A stretch of DNA of 64,000 nt from Nanobdellota archaeon (GCA_043806015.1 JAZDHH010000004.1:60678-124677), one strand, 5' to 3'; positions 9,013 through 18,910 are shown, counted from the stretch's first letter. Program-made: numbers and translations. Notes: generated by a model not told the origin, from the letters alone.

Positions 9013-12000
9013 CTACTCGACGACGTCGACGACCATGCGGACCGGGACGCCATCCTTCATCACAATCCTCGTGACACGGACCGCATGCTGCTCGCTCGCG
9101 TTGACCTCCACTATCCGGGTCGGCAGCGGACTATGCGGCGAACCTTCGCAGCAGTCGATGACCCTGGAGCCGTCATAGTCCACCACGAAGCCTGGCTGCC
9201 GCATGTTGCAGAGCTGGGACGCGTTGATGTCAAAGTAATAGCAGTTGTTCCAGCCCTCGCAATCCGCGTAGCAGATGCTGTCGCCCATGGTGCAGTCGTC
9301 CTGGCAGAGGCTCGCCTGCGGGAACAGGGTGAAGTTGATCTCCCTGCTCTGGTTCATGAACACGTTGTAGACCACTTCCGGCCCGAAGCCGGGAGAGGAC
9401 GCGATGACGGTGTAGACCCGGTTGCTCAACACCGGATGCAGATAGGAGCCGTTGCTGTCCGTGTACGAGTCATAGTTCTGCTGGCCGATGATCCTGACCC
9501 TGGCGTTCGGCAGCGGCACGCCAACCGTCTGGTTGAAGACATAGCCGCTGAGGAACACGGGCGCGCCCATCGTGGTGATGGAGAAGCTGTCCGAGGCCGG
9601 CGTGCTCTCGACATTCCCTGCCTCGTCTGTCGCCCAGACCCTCACTCCATAGACGCCGTTGCCGGCAAGGAGTATGGTGAAGGTGAAATCCTCATTGGGT
9701 TCGTCGAAGGCACCATCCGTTGCCATTGCTGACCCGGCCATAAAACTTATGCCGTCGAGGGTAACGTTGTAGTCCACCCTCGAAATGGGCACGGCGATGA
9801 TGGTGTCATCATCTTCAGCAATGCCTGTATAGGTCGGGCTCGGGTCATCGTCAGCCGGAACAGAGGTGAGGATGGTGTTCGGCTCGCGCGTGTCGATGAT
9901 GAGCTGCTTGCTGTCGACAGGGCTAATGCGGCCCACCGCGTCGATGGCTCGCGCGTTGATCGCGTACAATCCATCCGACAGGGCAGTGGTGAAGGTGTAG
10001 TTCTCATAGTTCTCGTCAAACAAGCCGTCGAGGGAGGTCGCATTTGTCCACGGGCTGCCATTCACATTATACTGGACCAGGGTAACGATGCCTTCAAGAG
10101 GTATGTCCCACGCATTTCCGGTTATGGTGGCGTTTGTGTTCCTTGGGGTCGTGAAAGCGTCCATCAGGGTGACTGGATCGTTGACATCCACGACGATGGA
10201 ATGCGTTTCCGTGTTGCCCAAAACCCCGGCGTCAGAGCAGCGCAAGGCGACTTCCTTGGTGCCGTTGGAGGTATACTGGCCGACGGCCATGCTATAATTC
10301 CAGCCCTTGAGGTAACCGCTATCAGGCGTGCCGGGCGATGTGAAGTTCCAGGCGCCGCCTGTGGCGACGTTCCAGTTGATCTCGCAGCTGTCCGCCGTGT
10401 CCTCGACCCACCACCACGCATAAACGGCATAGGTCCCGGAATATTCGCTTGGAGTGCCATTGAGCGCGCCGAGCTCGAGCCACAGCACCTGAGGACCGAT
10501 GACATTGATTGTGAAGGTGTAGCTCGCCGGCGTGGCCTCTATGTTGCCCGCCTGGTCGATGGCCCGCGCCCTGACTGTGTGAAGCCCCTGGCTCAGGATT
10601 GGCGTCGTGAAGGTGAAAGGCTGCGGATTCTGGCCCCAGTTGCCGATAGGGTTTGCCAGGTTCCAGGAACCGGAATCGACTTGATACTCGACCCTGCTGA
10701 TGGTCGTGAAGGTGTCGCTAGCGGTGCCGTTGAACTCGGGGGTGAGGTCGGTGGTAGGATCAGTCGGCACGTCCGTGAATGTCGTGTCCGGCTCGGTGTG
10801 GTCGACCACGACGTGGTCGATCGCCCATACGCTTTCCCCGCCAGCCTGGTCAAATGCCCGCGCGTGGATGCTGTGCAACCCTTCGGTCAGGCCAAGTATC
10901 GAAAAATGGAACGGTTCCCAGTTCGTGTTGAAGGGATCAAAATCCGCTGTTGCGTTGTCCCAGGAGGAAGAATCATAATAATACTCAACGAGGCCAATCT
11001 TGCCAAGAGGATTATCTGAAGAGGTTCCATTATATCTGATGTCCGTGTCCTTCGTCGGATCAGGGGTCTTATTGACGAGGAAGATAGTCGGCCGATAGGT
11101 ATCTACCGTAATCGTTTTCGTCGAGCCGATACCCCAGGAGCCCATGGCGTTCTTGCAGTTATACAGAACAGTGAAGATGCCTTCGGGAACACCAAAGATG
11201 TGAGGATCGATGCAAAGAGTGGGAGGAAGGATGATATCCCACGTGATGCCATTGTTCCAACTGATGTTGCATTGCGCCCAACCAGCCGCTGGGTACAAGG
11301 TCGCGCTCACGATGCTATCTGTCGACCACTCGCTGGAGCCCGTGCCGCAGCCAAAGTCCGAGATGAGGAAATCAGAATCTGACACCGGGACATTCACCGT
11401 TAGGTCCATCTCCGCCGGCGAGAGGTCGCGCCAGCCGACATTGTCGGTGCAGTTGAAGATGAGATGGTAGACGCCGTTGGCATAGTAGGTGTGCGTGGCA
11501 GTCATCTGCGGCGGCCAGATCTGCTGGATGGTGTTGTCGCCCCAGTCGAGGAAGCAGGTCTGGATGCCAGAGCCGGGCATCAGTTCGATGCCCTGGAAGG
11601 ACGCGCCTGCGATGCCATCCATCACGACAGTGTTGTTTTCTGAGGGGATGGTAGGTATGTCGTCGCCGGCCATCAGCACGGTGTCCGGCCGTCGCGTGTC
11701 GACGGCGAACGAGGCGTTCGCCGGTGAAAGATCTGTGTTGCCGGCGAGGTCTTTTGCCCTGACCTCGACAGTGTGGTTGCCCTCATCAAGGCCGTTGTAG
11801 GCCTTCGGAGAGGTGCAGGCGAGGAAGGAGCCGCTGTCGAGCTTGCACTCGAAAGTCGAAGGCTCGTCAGCGATGAACGTGATGGTCGCGCTTGCGACGT
11901 TTATCCAGCCGGAGGGCGCGCTCGTTATGGTTGTCTCCGGAGGGGTCGTGTCCGGGATCGTGTCATTGAAGAGCACCTTGCCCACGCTGAAGAAATATTC

Positions 12001-12519
12001 CTTGTTCGCTATGCGGTCGCGGCAGCCGAGCCTGATGCAGTAGTAATGCAGGGTCTGCCCGTTGAAAGACAGCACCGCGTCCGCCTTGAATCCGGAATCA
12101 AAGGAATCATAGGTGGAGGAAGCCACAGAATCGCAGCTGATGCCTGGCGTCCCGGAAACGTCCGCATAGGCGACGGCATAGGGCGCTGTGTCAAGGCCGG
12201 CGCAGCTATCGGTGCAGCTCCCGGCGGTGAAGGTGATCGGATTGAGGGTGTATTTTTCCAGGGCCTGCGGCCAGACGCCCGGCGGATTGAGGACAGGGGC
12301 CTCATTGTCGCAGTCCATGTCGCAGGTGTCGCACAGCCCGCCGGTCTGGGCGTTGCACACCGACCAGTCGCCGAAGTCCTGCGGGCAGACGGTATCCGGC
12401 GAGGTTATGTTACAGCAGAAATCGCGGCCGCAGACACCGATGCCGTCGCAGGGATTGCAGGCTGCGAAGGCGGGCGCTGCAAGCACCGCGAGCGCCAGCA
12501 GCACGAGGGCGAGTCTCAT
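9013..12519 (-). CDS. Secreted multi-Ig-domain surface protein (PKD/Big-like repeats, carboxypeptidase-regulatory-like domain, Cys-rich ends)
   Basis: Signal peptide MRLALVLLALAVLAAPAFA; repeated G.H.V..RA.D.AGN and D.T.P.T Ig-like motifs; ATGA overlap at 12516-12519. Confidence 0.8.
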   Translation of the reverse strand: MRLALVLLALAVLAAPAFAACNPCDGIGVCGRDFCCNITSPDTVCPQDFGDWSVCNAQTGGLCDTCDMDCDNEAPVLNPPGVWPQALEKYTLNPITFTAGSCTDSCAGLDTAPYAVAYADVSGTPGISCDSVASSTYDSFDSGFKADAVLSFNGQTLHYYCIRLGCRDRIANKEYFFSVGKVLFNDTIPDTTPPETTITSAPSGWINVASATITFIADEPSTFECKLDSGSFLACTSPKAYNGLDEGNHTVEVRAKDLAGNTDLSPANASFAVDTRRPDTVLMAGDDIPTIPSENNTVVMDGIAGASFQGIELMPGSGIQTCFLDWGDNTIQQIWPPQMTATHTYYANGVYHLIFNCTDNVGWRDLSPAEMDLTVNVPVSDSDFLISDFGCGTGSSEWSTDSIVSATLYPAAGWAQCNISWNNGITWDIILPPTLCIDPHIFGVPEGIFTVLYNCKNAMGSWGIGSTKTITVDTYRPTIFLVNKTPDPTKDTDIRYNGTSSDNPLGKIGLVEYYYDSSSWDNATADFDPFNTNWEPFHFSILGLTEGLHSIHARAFDQAGGESVWAIDHVVVDHTEPDTTFTDVPTDPTTDLTPEFNGTASDTFTTISRVEYQVDSGSWNLANPIGNWGQNPQPFTFTTPILSQGLHTVRARAIDQAGNIEATPASYTFTINVIGPQVLWLELGALNGTPSEYSGTYAVYAWWWVEDTADSCEINWNVATGGAWNFTSPGTPDSGYLKGWNYSMAVGQYTSNGTKEVALRCSDAGVLGNTETHSIVVDVNDPVTLMDAFTTPRNTNATITGNAWDIPLEGIVTLVQYNVNGSPWTNATSLDGLFDENYENYTFTTALSDGLYAINARAIDAVGRISPVDSKQLIIDTREPNTILTSVPADDDPSPTYTGIAEDDDTIIAVPISRVDYNVTLDGISFMAGSAMATDGAFDEPNEDFTFTILLAGNGVYGVRVWATDEAGNVESTPASDSFSITTMGAPVFLSGYVFNQTVGVPLPNARVRIIGQQNYDSYTDSNGSYLHPVLSNRVYTVIASSPGFGPEVVYNVFMNQSREINFTLFPQASLCQDDCTMGDSICYADCEGWNNCYYFDINASQLCNMRQPGFVVDYDGSRVIDCCEGSPHSPLPTRIVEVNASEQHAVRVTRIVMKDGVPVRMVVDVVE

Positions 12520-13172
12520 AGGAGCCGTCCCACGATGTTCTCGCAATCAGCCTTCTTCCTGGCGTCGCCGATGGTCGCGCATTTTGCCATGTCTTTGGTC
12601 GTGATCGCTTGGTTGAGGATGATGTTGTCCTTGCAGGTCTTCAGCTGCACGGGGTTAAGCTGGTCGCAGAGCGCCGGATCCTGCGCCTTGATGGCCTGGC
12701 TCATGATGACGTTGCCCTTGCACACCGCCTGGCCGCTCTCGTCAAGCTGGTCGCAGAGGGTGATGTCGTCCTGCGTGGTTGCGGTGGTGATGATGATGGC
12801 GTTGCGGCACTGCTGCTTCTCAGGATCTGCAAGGCTCTCGCAACTCGAGGTGTCCATGCTGCGCAGGGCATCGCTCAGCTGGAGCGTCCTGCCGCACTGG
12901 TCGCGCTTCGCCGCAGTGACGATCTTCTGGCACAGGGTCGAGTCGGAGTTGCTGACCGCCCGCTGGAGGTAGATCTCATCCTTGCAATCCTGGGCCATTC
13001 CCGCGTCCTGGACCTTGCCGCAGAAGTCCAGGTCGTTGTTCTGTATGGCCCTTTCTTTGTAGGCTGCGTCCGCCATGGACGGGCCCGAAGGGACTGCTTC
13101 TTTTTGCTTCGCACAGCTTGCCGCCAGAATGACCAGGATGGCCAATGGAACCCAAACAATGACGCGTTTCAT
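12516..13172 (-). CDS. Lipoprotein with six Cys-pair helical repeats
   Basis: Lipobox-like LAAS|C; six D..LC..L......C...I repeats of ~30 aa; GGTGAGG SD upstream. Confidence 0.78.
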   Translation of the reverse strand: MKRVIVWVPLAILVILAASCAKQKEAVPSGPSMADAAYKERAIQNNDLDFCGKVQDAGMAQDCKDEIYLQRAVSNSDSTLCQKIVTAAKRDQCGRTLQLSDALRSMDTSSCESLADPEKQQCRNAIIITTATTQDDITLCDQLDESGQAVCKGNVIMSQAIKAQDPALCDQLNPVQLKTCKDNIILNQAITTKDMAKCATIGDARKKADCENIVGRLL

Positions 13173-13225
13173 GTCCTCACCCTCTTTTTGTTTTTTTAGC
13201 CTGTTATCCTTTATAAAAATTGTGC

Positions 13226-16200
13226 TCATGTGTACACCACAACCGACTGCCAGGTGTCGTAGAATGCGCTGCTGCAGCAGGCATGGTACGCCGGGCCGAA
13301 GGGGATGCTGAAATCATAATAGCACTCGCCAGGAAGCGCAGTGTCGGCAAAGCAGCCGAGATAGCTGTTGCAGTTCGCCGGCTCGACCACGGTGAACTGG
13401 CCGGGGCAGGCAGCAGAGCAACCGATAGCATTGCAGACAACCAGCGAATAGTCCTGCATACCCTCGTCACCCGGCTGCGGCACAAAGGAACAGGAACCGA
13501 CACCACCTGTTACCGAGGCCTGACAGAATTCCCAATTCGTGCAAGCGCCCTGGGAGAAGCCTTGTTCATCACAGGCATAGAGGGTCGTGGCGCCGAATCC
13601 GGACCACCACATCGTAAAGAGGACCTCCTCAAACACGGCCACGGGGTCGGGGGCGTCATCACAGGAGAGCATTGTCGGAGGATTGCCGGACATGATGAGC
13701 CAGCCCTGCACATTGCTCGTCGTCGAAAGCAAGGTGCCTGTGCTGACAGGCCCGTCCCAGAGCTCGGCATCGGCCGCCATGACAAGCTCGCCACGGCATT
13801 CGTCTGGCACAGGAGGCACGGCCCATTGGGCGGTCGGCCCGAGCGCGCCGTCGATGCCGACCATGTCGCCAAGATGATTGATTGCGCAGGAGCCGCCCTG
13901 GGCGTTGACCTGAAGGTTTGGATGCTGGGGACAATTGCCGGAAATGGCCGCGGTCATCTGCACTGACTCCCCTTCCTCGCAAATCAAGTCGGTGCATGAC
14001 GTCTCCTCGATCCGCGCGGAATCCAGTGTGCAAGGCACGCAGGGGCTAGAGGCCACCGCGACGCACAATACGAGAGGGTCGTCGATAATGGACAGGGTGT
14101 TGCCCGCGCCTGAGGCAGATGTCGGCGCATCGAGGCATCGGAGATCAGCAAGTGCATTGTCACATGCAACGTTGTTGTTGAGGATATTGCTGCTTGACCC
14201 GTCGCTTAGGTATATCCCATAGGATGAAGAGGACAGCACGTTGTCGTGCACGTTGATAAGGTCGGCGTTTTCCATCCTGATCGCCTGCGTCACATTGGTC
14301 AGGATGTTGCTGAAAATCTCGATATTCGTGCTTTCGATGAGGTGAATGCCGTATCTTCCGTTCCCAGGCTCGGTGCGGGAGATGTTGTTGGCATAGATGC
14401 GGGCATTGTCCCCTTCTTCGACCCACACGCCTGCTCCTGAGTAAATGAGCCCGATCCTTTCCACGACATTGTCGTACACGTCAAGCGCGCCGTTTGATGC
14501 CCAGTTCCGCGGGCCATAAAACCATATTGCGGAGCCCGTGATGTTGTAAAAATGGTTGTTGAACACCCTGTTTGTGTCATTGAGGTAGGCAAGGAGAATG
14601 CCGAACTGGCTGTTGATGAAGGTGTTGTCATGGATGGAGATATTGCCGCTGTTCCCTTCTGGACCATTGCTCTGGACCCTGATATCATTACGGCCAGAGC
14701 CGACCGAGGGTGTTTGGTCAAAGTGGCTGCCGCGCACCTCCACGTTGGACGACATGTGGATAAAGATGCCGTATTCGTACGTTTTGAGGCGGCAGTTGCT
14801 CACGGTGATGTTTTTCCTATACCTGATATCGACAAGCGATTGAAGGTAGCCTAAGCCTTCAAGCGTAGCTTGTTGGCAATCGATCGTCGTATAGTTGCTT
14901 ATGATGGTAATCCCCTGAGGTAAAGCGTAATGGTCTGTGCAGAGGGTCAGGTTACGGAAAATCTGATCGTTGTCGATGGGCCGATAGCATGAGGTAAGGT
15001 CGAATGTGTCGCTCAGCCCTTGAAGGTAGGTTTCCGGCGTCCCGCCGATGGGCTCGCCTGGCGGGTAGAGGAACACCTCCTGGGCCTGCATGGTCTTGCC
15101 GAAGCAGGCCTGCGGGATGTGCGGCACCGTCCACGTGGAGGTGCACTCACCGTTGCTGCAGGTGCCGTTGATGCCAGTCATGTTCTGCTTGGTGTAGTTG
15201 ATGACGCATTCCGGATTGCCGACGCTCTTGAGGCTGAGCTGGAACCTGTCTGCAATGCATGTCGAGGAGTAGGCGACCCGCGCGACCATGCTCTCGCCCT
15301 CGTCGCATGTGCCACCAGGACAGGGCTCCAGCAGGGCGTCGTACACCTCGCAGGGGCAGAGGCCGTATCCGATAGAGCAACGCCCATATTCGTTCCGGTA
15401 CCTCGAAAAGTTGTTGCCCGTCCCGCTCGCGTAGCCGCTCGCGCAGTCCACATCCTCAGAATTATGGCCGCAAATGTAATTCCAGGAGAGCGTGTTGTTT
15501 TCGAGGATGGAGAAAAAAGAGACTCCTCTGGTCGTCGACGAGCCGGTGAACATCCTCGCGAGGATGGTGTTCTCGGTGATAGAAAGGTTGTTGACATATG
15601 GTTGCGCGTCGATTCCAAAATAATTGCCGACGATGGAATTGTTCGTTATGTTGGTGAAGTTCGACAATTCCACGCGCAAAGCTTTGTGTCCAAAAAGGAC
15701 CGTGTTGTTGTAGACGCTGGTGAACAACGCCCTTTCAACGATTATGCCGGCGTCATCATTCACCGAGCAAAGCCAGTTCTGCACGATGTACGAGCTGTTG
15801 AAGAGGGTGTTATTATGGACCTTGTTCCCGGCTCCCTGAACCTCGATACCGGTGCAGTTGTTGGTTGAAAGGTAATTGTGCACTATCCTTGTCGCGTTGG
15901 AGTGCGTGCCGGTATGAATACCATGGGTATTGTAAAAAAAACTGTTGTTCAACAGAGTGTTGTTTGCGGCCACATAAAACACATTGTCAACGGATATGCC
16001 CTCCCTGTCGCTGATCAACCGATTCTGCGTTATGGTATTATTGGAGCCGGACACGCCAATCCCTATGAACCATCCAATGGCTGTGCAATTCTTCACCATC
16101 GTCAGGTTCCTCCCCGCGCTTATCGCCACGCCGTTGTAATGGTTCCCGTTGATGGAATGGCCGCGGCAATCCAGAGTGATGCCATTGTTCCCCAGAACCA

Positions 16201-16354
16201 GGCCGTCACCGGTCGGGCAGGTGATATTAGCGTTCATCTGGTAGTCAGAGACAATCAAATCTCCGCAGGCGCACACCGTGCTGCCGCCGCAGTTGACTGC
16301 CTGGGCGGTAGCGAACGCCAGCGAAAGAACTAGCAGAAGGAGAATGGTTTTCAT
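13226..16354 (-). CDS. Secreted right-handed beta-helix (NosD/CASH-like) surface protein
   Basis: Signal peptide; ITLDC.GH.I.G entry motif; many GI.....N.I.NN rungs; two copies of [beta-helix + Cys-containing domain]; GAGGTG SD before ATG 16354. Confidence 0.82.
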   Translation of the reverse strand: MKTILLLLVLSLAFATAQAVNCGGSTVCACGDLIVSDYQMNANITCPTGDGLVLGNNGITLDCRGHSINGNHYNGVAISAGRNLTMVKNCTAIGWFIGIGVSGSNNTITQNRLISDREGISVDNVFYVAANNTLLNNSFFYNTHGIHTGTHSNATRIVHNYLSTNNCTGIEVQGAGNKVHNNTLFNSSYIVQNWLCSVNDDAGIIVERALFTSVYNNTVLFGHKALRVELSNFTNITNNSIVGNYFGIDAQPYVNNLSITENTILARMFTGSSTTRGVSFFSILENNTLSWNYICGHNSEDVDCASGYASGTGNNFSRYRNEYGRCSIGYGLCPCEVYDALLEPCPGGTCDEGESMVARVAYSSTCIADRFQLSLKSVGNPECVINYTKQNMTGINGTCSNGECTSTWTVPHIPQACFGKTMQAQEVFLYPPGEPIGGTPETYLQGLSDTFDLTSCYRPIDNDQIFRNLTLCTDHYALPQGITIISNYTTIDCQQATLEGLGYLQSLVDIRYRKNITVSNCRLKTYEYGIFIHMSSNVEVRGSHFDQTPSVGSGRNDIRVQSNGPEGNSGNISIHDNTFINSQFGILLAYLNDTNRVFNNHFYNITGSAIWFYGPRNWASNGALDVYDNVVERIGLIYSGAGVWVEEGDNARIYANNISRTEPGNGRYGIHLIESTNIEIFSNILTNVTQAIRMENADLINVHDNVLSSSSYGIYLSDGSSSNILNNNVACDNALADLRCLDAPTSASGAGNTLSIIDDPLVLCVAVASSPCVPCTLDSARIEETSCTDLICEEGESVQMTAAISGNCPQHPNLQVNAQGGSCAINHLGDMVGIDGALGPTAQWAVPPVPDECRGELVMAADAELWDGPVSTGTLLSTTSNVQGWLIMSGNPPTMLSCDDAPDPVAVFEEVLFTMWWSGFGATTLYACDEQGFSQGACTNWEFCQASVTGGVGSCSFVPQPGDEGMQDYSLVVCNAIGCSAACPGQFTVVEPANCNSYLGCFADTALPGECYYDFSIPFGPAYHACCSSAFYDTWQSVVVYT

Positions 16355-16369
16355 CTTCACACCTCTTTT

Positions 16370-16567
16370 TTACGGATCATCAGCTTCGATGGTCTTCTTG
16401 ACTTCTGTGATAAGGATGGGGACTTCCTTGCCAATCTCGGCCTTTGCTTCGGAGACGAGCGGGATGACCAGTATCTCAGTGTTCTCGTCCCAGCCCTTAA
16501 GGCGCATCAGCTCCTTGGGGATGTTGATCTTGCCTTGGCCTGACTTATCTATGTATATTTTAGACAT
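16370..16567 (-). CDS. AbrB/MazE/SpoVT-family small DNA-binding protein
   Basis: GQGKINIPKELMRLKGWDENTEI matches the swapped-hairpin I.IPK......GW...... pattern. Confidence 0.75.
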   Translation of the reverse strand: MSKIYIDKSGQGKINIPKELMRLKGWDENTEILVIPLVSEAKAEIGKEVPILITEVKKTIEADDP

Positions 16568-16685
16568 TTTTTATGTATCTAACATATCTTAGAAGTATAT
16601 ATTTATATATTTTTCTATATTATTAGGCAAATTGAAAAGTTCGCTATTTAAGAAGTCTTTATTATAATAAGGAGGAGGTGAATAT

Positions 16686-17252
16686 CTATCCTTCCACGAA
16701 AATCCGGTGCTTCTCCTTGCCCTCGATCTCGGAGAGGATCCTGCGGATCACCAGCTTCTCAGGATCGGGCATCAGCTTCACCCTCGCGCGGATGTCCAAG
16801 AAGCTCTCGAAAGGCTTCTCAGTGCGCGACTCGATGATCTCCCACATGTGCTTCTTGCCGATGCCGGGAAGCAGCTCGATCTGGTGCATCCGCGTCGTCA
16901 ACGGCTGGGCCTTGTTGAAGAAATCGACGTACTGCGCCTCGTTCTTCTCCACCTGCTCCTTCACGATGTACTCCAGCTCCGAGCGCGCCGTCTGGGTGAG
17001 CCTGCTGAACTGCAGCCTGCCAACGATATGGTGGATCTTGTCGCGCTTGCCGTCGCCGATGTAGATCTCCTCGTGCGGCTGCATCATGATGTCCTTGCGC
17101 GGCACGAGCTCAAGAAGGATGAAGCGGGTCTTGCCGATCGCCTGGACTATGGACGTCTTGCGATGGCTGGGCCGATCGTCGAACGGGTAGCCGTTCGGCA
17201 GGAAGTCAAGAATGATTGCGTATTCCTCCTTCTCGCGTTCCGGACGATCCAT
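16686..17252 (-). CDS. DUF655 family putative nucleic-acid-binding protein
   Basis: YAIILDFLPNG, FFN.AQPLTTRMHQIELLPGIGKK (HhH), FESF.DI..RV; conserved neighbour of rpoF. Confidence 0.9.
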   Translation of the reverse strand: MDRPEREKEEYAIILDFLPNGYPFDDRPSHRKTSIVQAIGKTRFILLELVPRKDIMMQPHEEIYIGDGKRDKIHHIVGRLQFSRLTQTARSELEYIVKEQVEKNEAQYVDFFNKAQPLTTRMHQIELLPGIGKKHMWEIIESRTEKPFESFLDIRARVKLMPDPEKLVIRRILSEIEGKEKHRIFVEG

Positions 17253-17314
17253 AGGCTAACCACCCTAGGACTTAAAGAGAGGAAGAAGTATTTAAATTTT
17301 TGTCTCATTCATGC

Positions 17315-17596
17315 CTATCCAGGGGAGACGTATCCTTTGGGGACGACCGCGAGATCGTACATCTCGCCGACCACGACCTCTCCAGGTTGCTCCTGCACCA
17401 ACAGCAAGCACCTCCCGGTTCGAGGATTATAAGAGAATGCCGCGACGCGAGGGATCTCCGAAGAAGCGAGCGCCTGCTCGAGACTTCCCAAATCCTCGGC
17501 CGGCAACATCGGCCTTCCTCCAGCCATGCGATGCTCTTGGATATGCTGCACGACTGCCTGGAAAACGGCTGCCGGATCACAAGATTGAATAGTCAT
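17315..17596 (-). CDS. Hypothetical protein (93 aa)
   Basis: ATG lies 23 nt downstream of a TTTAATAA box (17620-17627); fills the gap between rpoF and DUF655. Confidence 0.5.
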   Translation of the reverse strand: MTIQSCDPAAVFQAVVQHIQEHRMAGGRPMLPAEDLGSLEQALASSEIPRVAAFSYNPRTGRCLLLVQEQPGEVVVGEMYDLAVVPKGYVSPG

Positions 17597-17646
17597 TACT
17601 TCAAGGTAATTAATAGAAGTTATTAAAAGTTACGCTTGCAGAACGC

Positions 17647-17991
17647 CTATTTCTCCTCGGCGATGACCGAGACGATCTTCTTCATGTTCTCGTTGTTGAT
17701 GGTGAGGGTGTAGCCCTGCAGCACGACCTTCAGGCTCTCCACAGTCTTCGGCATGAGATCGACGATCTTCATGATGTGCGCTTCCTTGAGGCGCGGGATG
17801 TTGAGCTTGAGGATGGCGTTGTAGAGCTCCTTCGCCTTGCTCTGCTTCACCACGGTGATGGCGTTGAGGTAATCCTCGGTCTTCTGGGCGCGGAAGCTCA
17901 GCTCCGTGTCGCGCTTCCTGCTCCTGGCCAGCTCCTCCTTGAGCTCGGCGAGCATGATCGGCTGCTCGGAAAGGACTGTCGGGTTGGTCAT
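17647..17991 (-). CDS. rpoF: DNA-directed RNA polymerase subunit F (Rpo4)
   Basis: ELSFRAQKT.DYL and KIVDLMP.T...LK motifs; position between rpl21e and DUF655. Confidence 0.85.
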   Translation of the reverse strand: MTNPTVLSEQPIMLAELKEELARSRKRDTELSFRAQKTEDYLNAITVVKQSKAKELYNAILKLNIPRLKEAHIMKIVDLMPKTVESLKVVLQGYTLTINNENMKKIVSVIAEEK

Positions 17992-17992
17992 G

Positions 17993-18283
17993 TTAGGCCC
18001 TCTTCATATGGACTGGATGCATGATGAGGCGCTTGGTCTTGTCGCCGTCCTTGATGGTCACGTAGTAGCATCGTCCCTGGCTGCCCGTCACGATTCCGGA
18101 CTTGCCCTGGAACCGCAGGTGGACAGAACCTTTCTGGACCGCGGGCTCGGGGATGACATAGACGCGGTCGCCCACCTTGAAGGACTGGAAGTAGCGGCGC
18201 AGGCTGATCTTGCCGCGCTGGGAAGCCTTCTTGGTCGACTTGTCCCTGCTCTTCCGCTTATAGCCACCTCTTCGCTGAACCAT
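17993..18283 (-). CDS. rpl21e: 50S ribosomal protein eL21
   Basis: FKVGDRV...PEPAVQKG..H.RFQGKSG.V...G..Y.V.IKDG.K.K.LI.HPVH. Confidence 0.95.
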   Translation of the reverse strand: MVQRRGGYKRKSRDKSTKKASQRGKISLRRYFQSFKVGDRVYVIPEPAVQKGSVHLRFQGKSGIVTGSQGRCYYVTIKDGDKTKRLIMHPVHMKRA

Positions 18284-18373
18284 GGATTAGGGGTTTCGGC
18301 GGGGGTATTTAAATGTTACTGCAAGAAGAAGCAAAGGGCAATAGGCAGGGTATCCCGCAGGTGGCAGCCCGAT

Positions 18374-18853
18374 TCATCGGACGTATTTGGCCAGATCCGG
18401 ATAACGCTGGAGAAGGGCATCCTTATCGCCTGAGGCGTCTGTGATCTCCTGCAAGGCGGCCATCACGTTATGGTGCAACGTGGTCCAGTTCGGAGAGGAG
18501 GAAGGGTCGACGATTACTTGGCCCCGGTTTATTCGCTCCCGGTCGCCGTGAGTCAGGTAGGCATAGTGCATGAACGGCGAGCCATCATCATGGTAGGGCG
18601 GCCCCTCATCCTTGCTCTGCGTGGTCAGCAAGGGAAGCAGCACAGGGATGGCGCTCTGGTCACCTGTCGCGCCGATCTCGCGGATGATGTCCTCTATGCT
18701 CGGGTCCAGGGTGATGACCAGCATGGGGCGCTCAAGGTCGCTAAATGACTCGCCCATGTCATCGCCATCAGAGAAGGTGAAGCTGTCGCGGAGCCGCTCC
18801 ACGAGCGGCCGCAGGCGATCGCTCGCCAGGTGGGTGTCGAGGTGGTTTGCCAT
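18374..18853 (-). CDS. Hypothetical protein with a single HEAT-like motif
   Basis: 159-aa ORF with a TATA-like TTTAATGA just upstream; IIREIGATGDQSAIPVLLPLL resembles a PBS-lyase HEAT repeat. Confidence 0.55.
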   Translation of the reverse strand: MANHLDTHLASDRLRPLVERLRDSFTFSDGDDMGESFSDLERPMLVITLDPSIEDIIREIGATGDQSAIPVLLPLLTTQSKDEGPPYHDDGSPFMHYAYLTHGDRERINRGQVIVDPSSSPNWTTLHHNVMAALQEITDASGDKDALLQRYPDLAKYVR

Positions 18854-18910
18854 AAATCCCGGAGAGGACAGGAAATCATTAAAGCGTTGCGATAGGGAAA
18901 AAAGTGGTCA

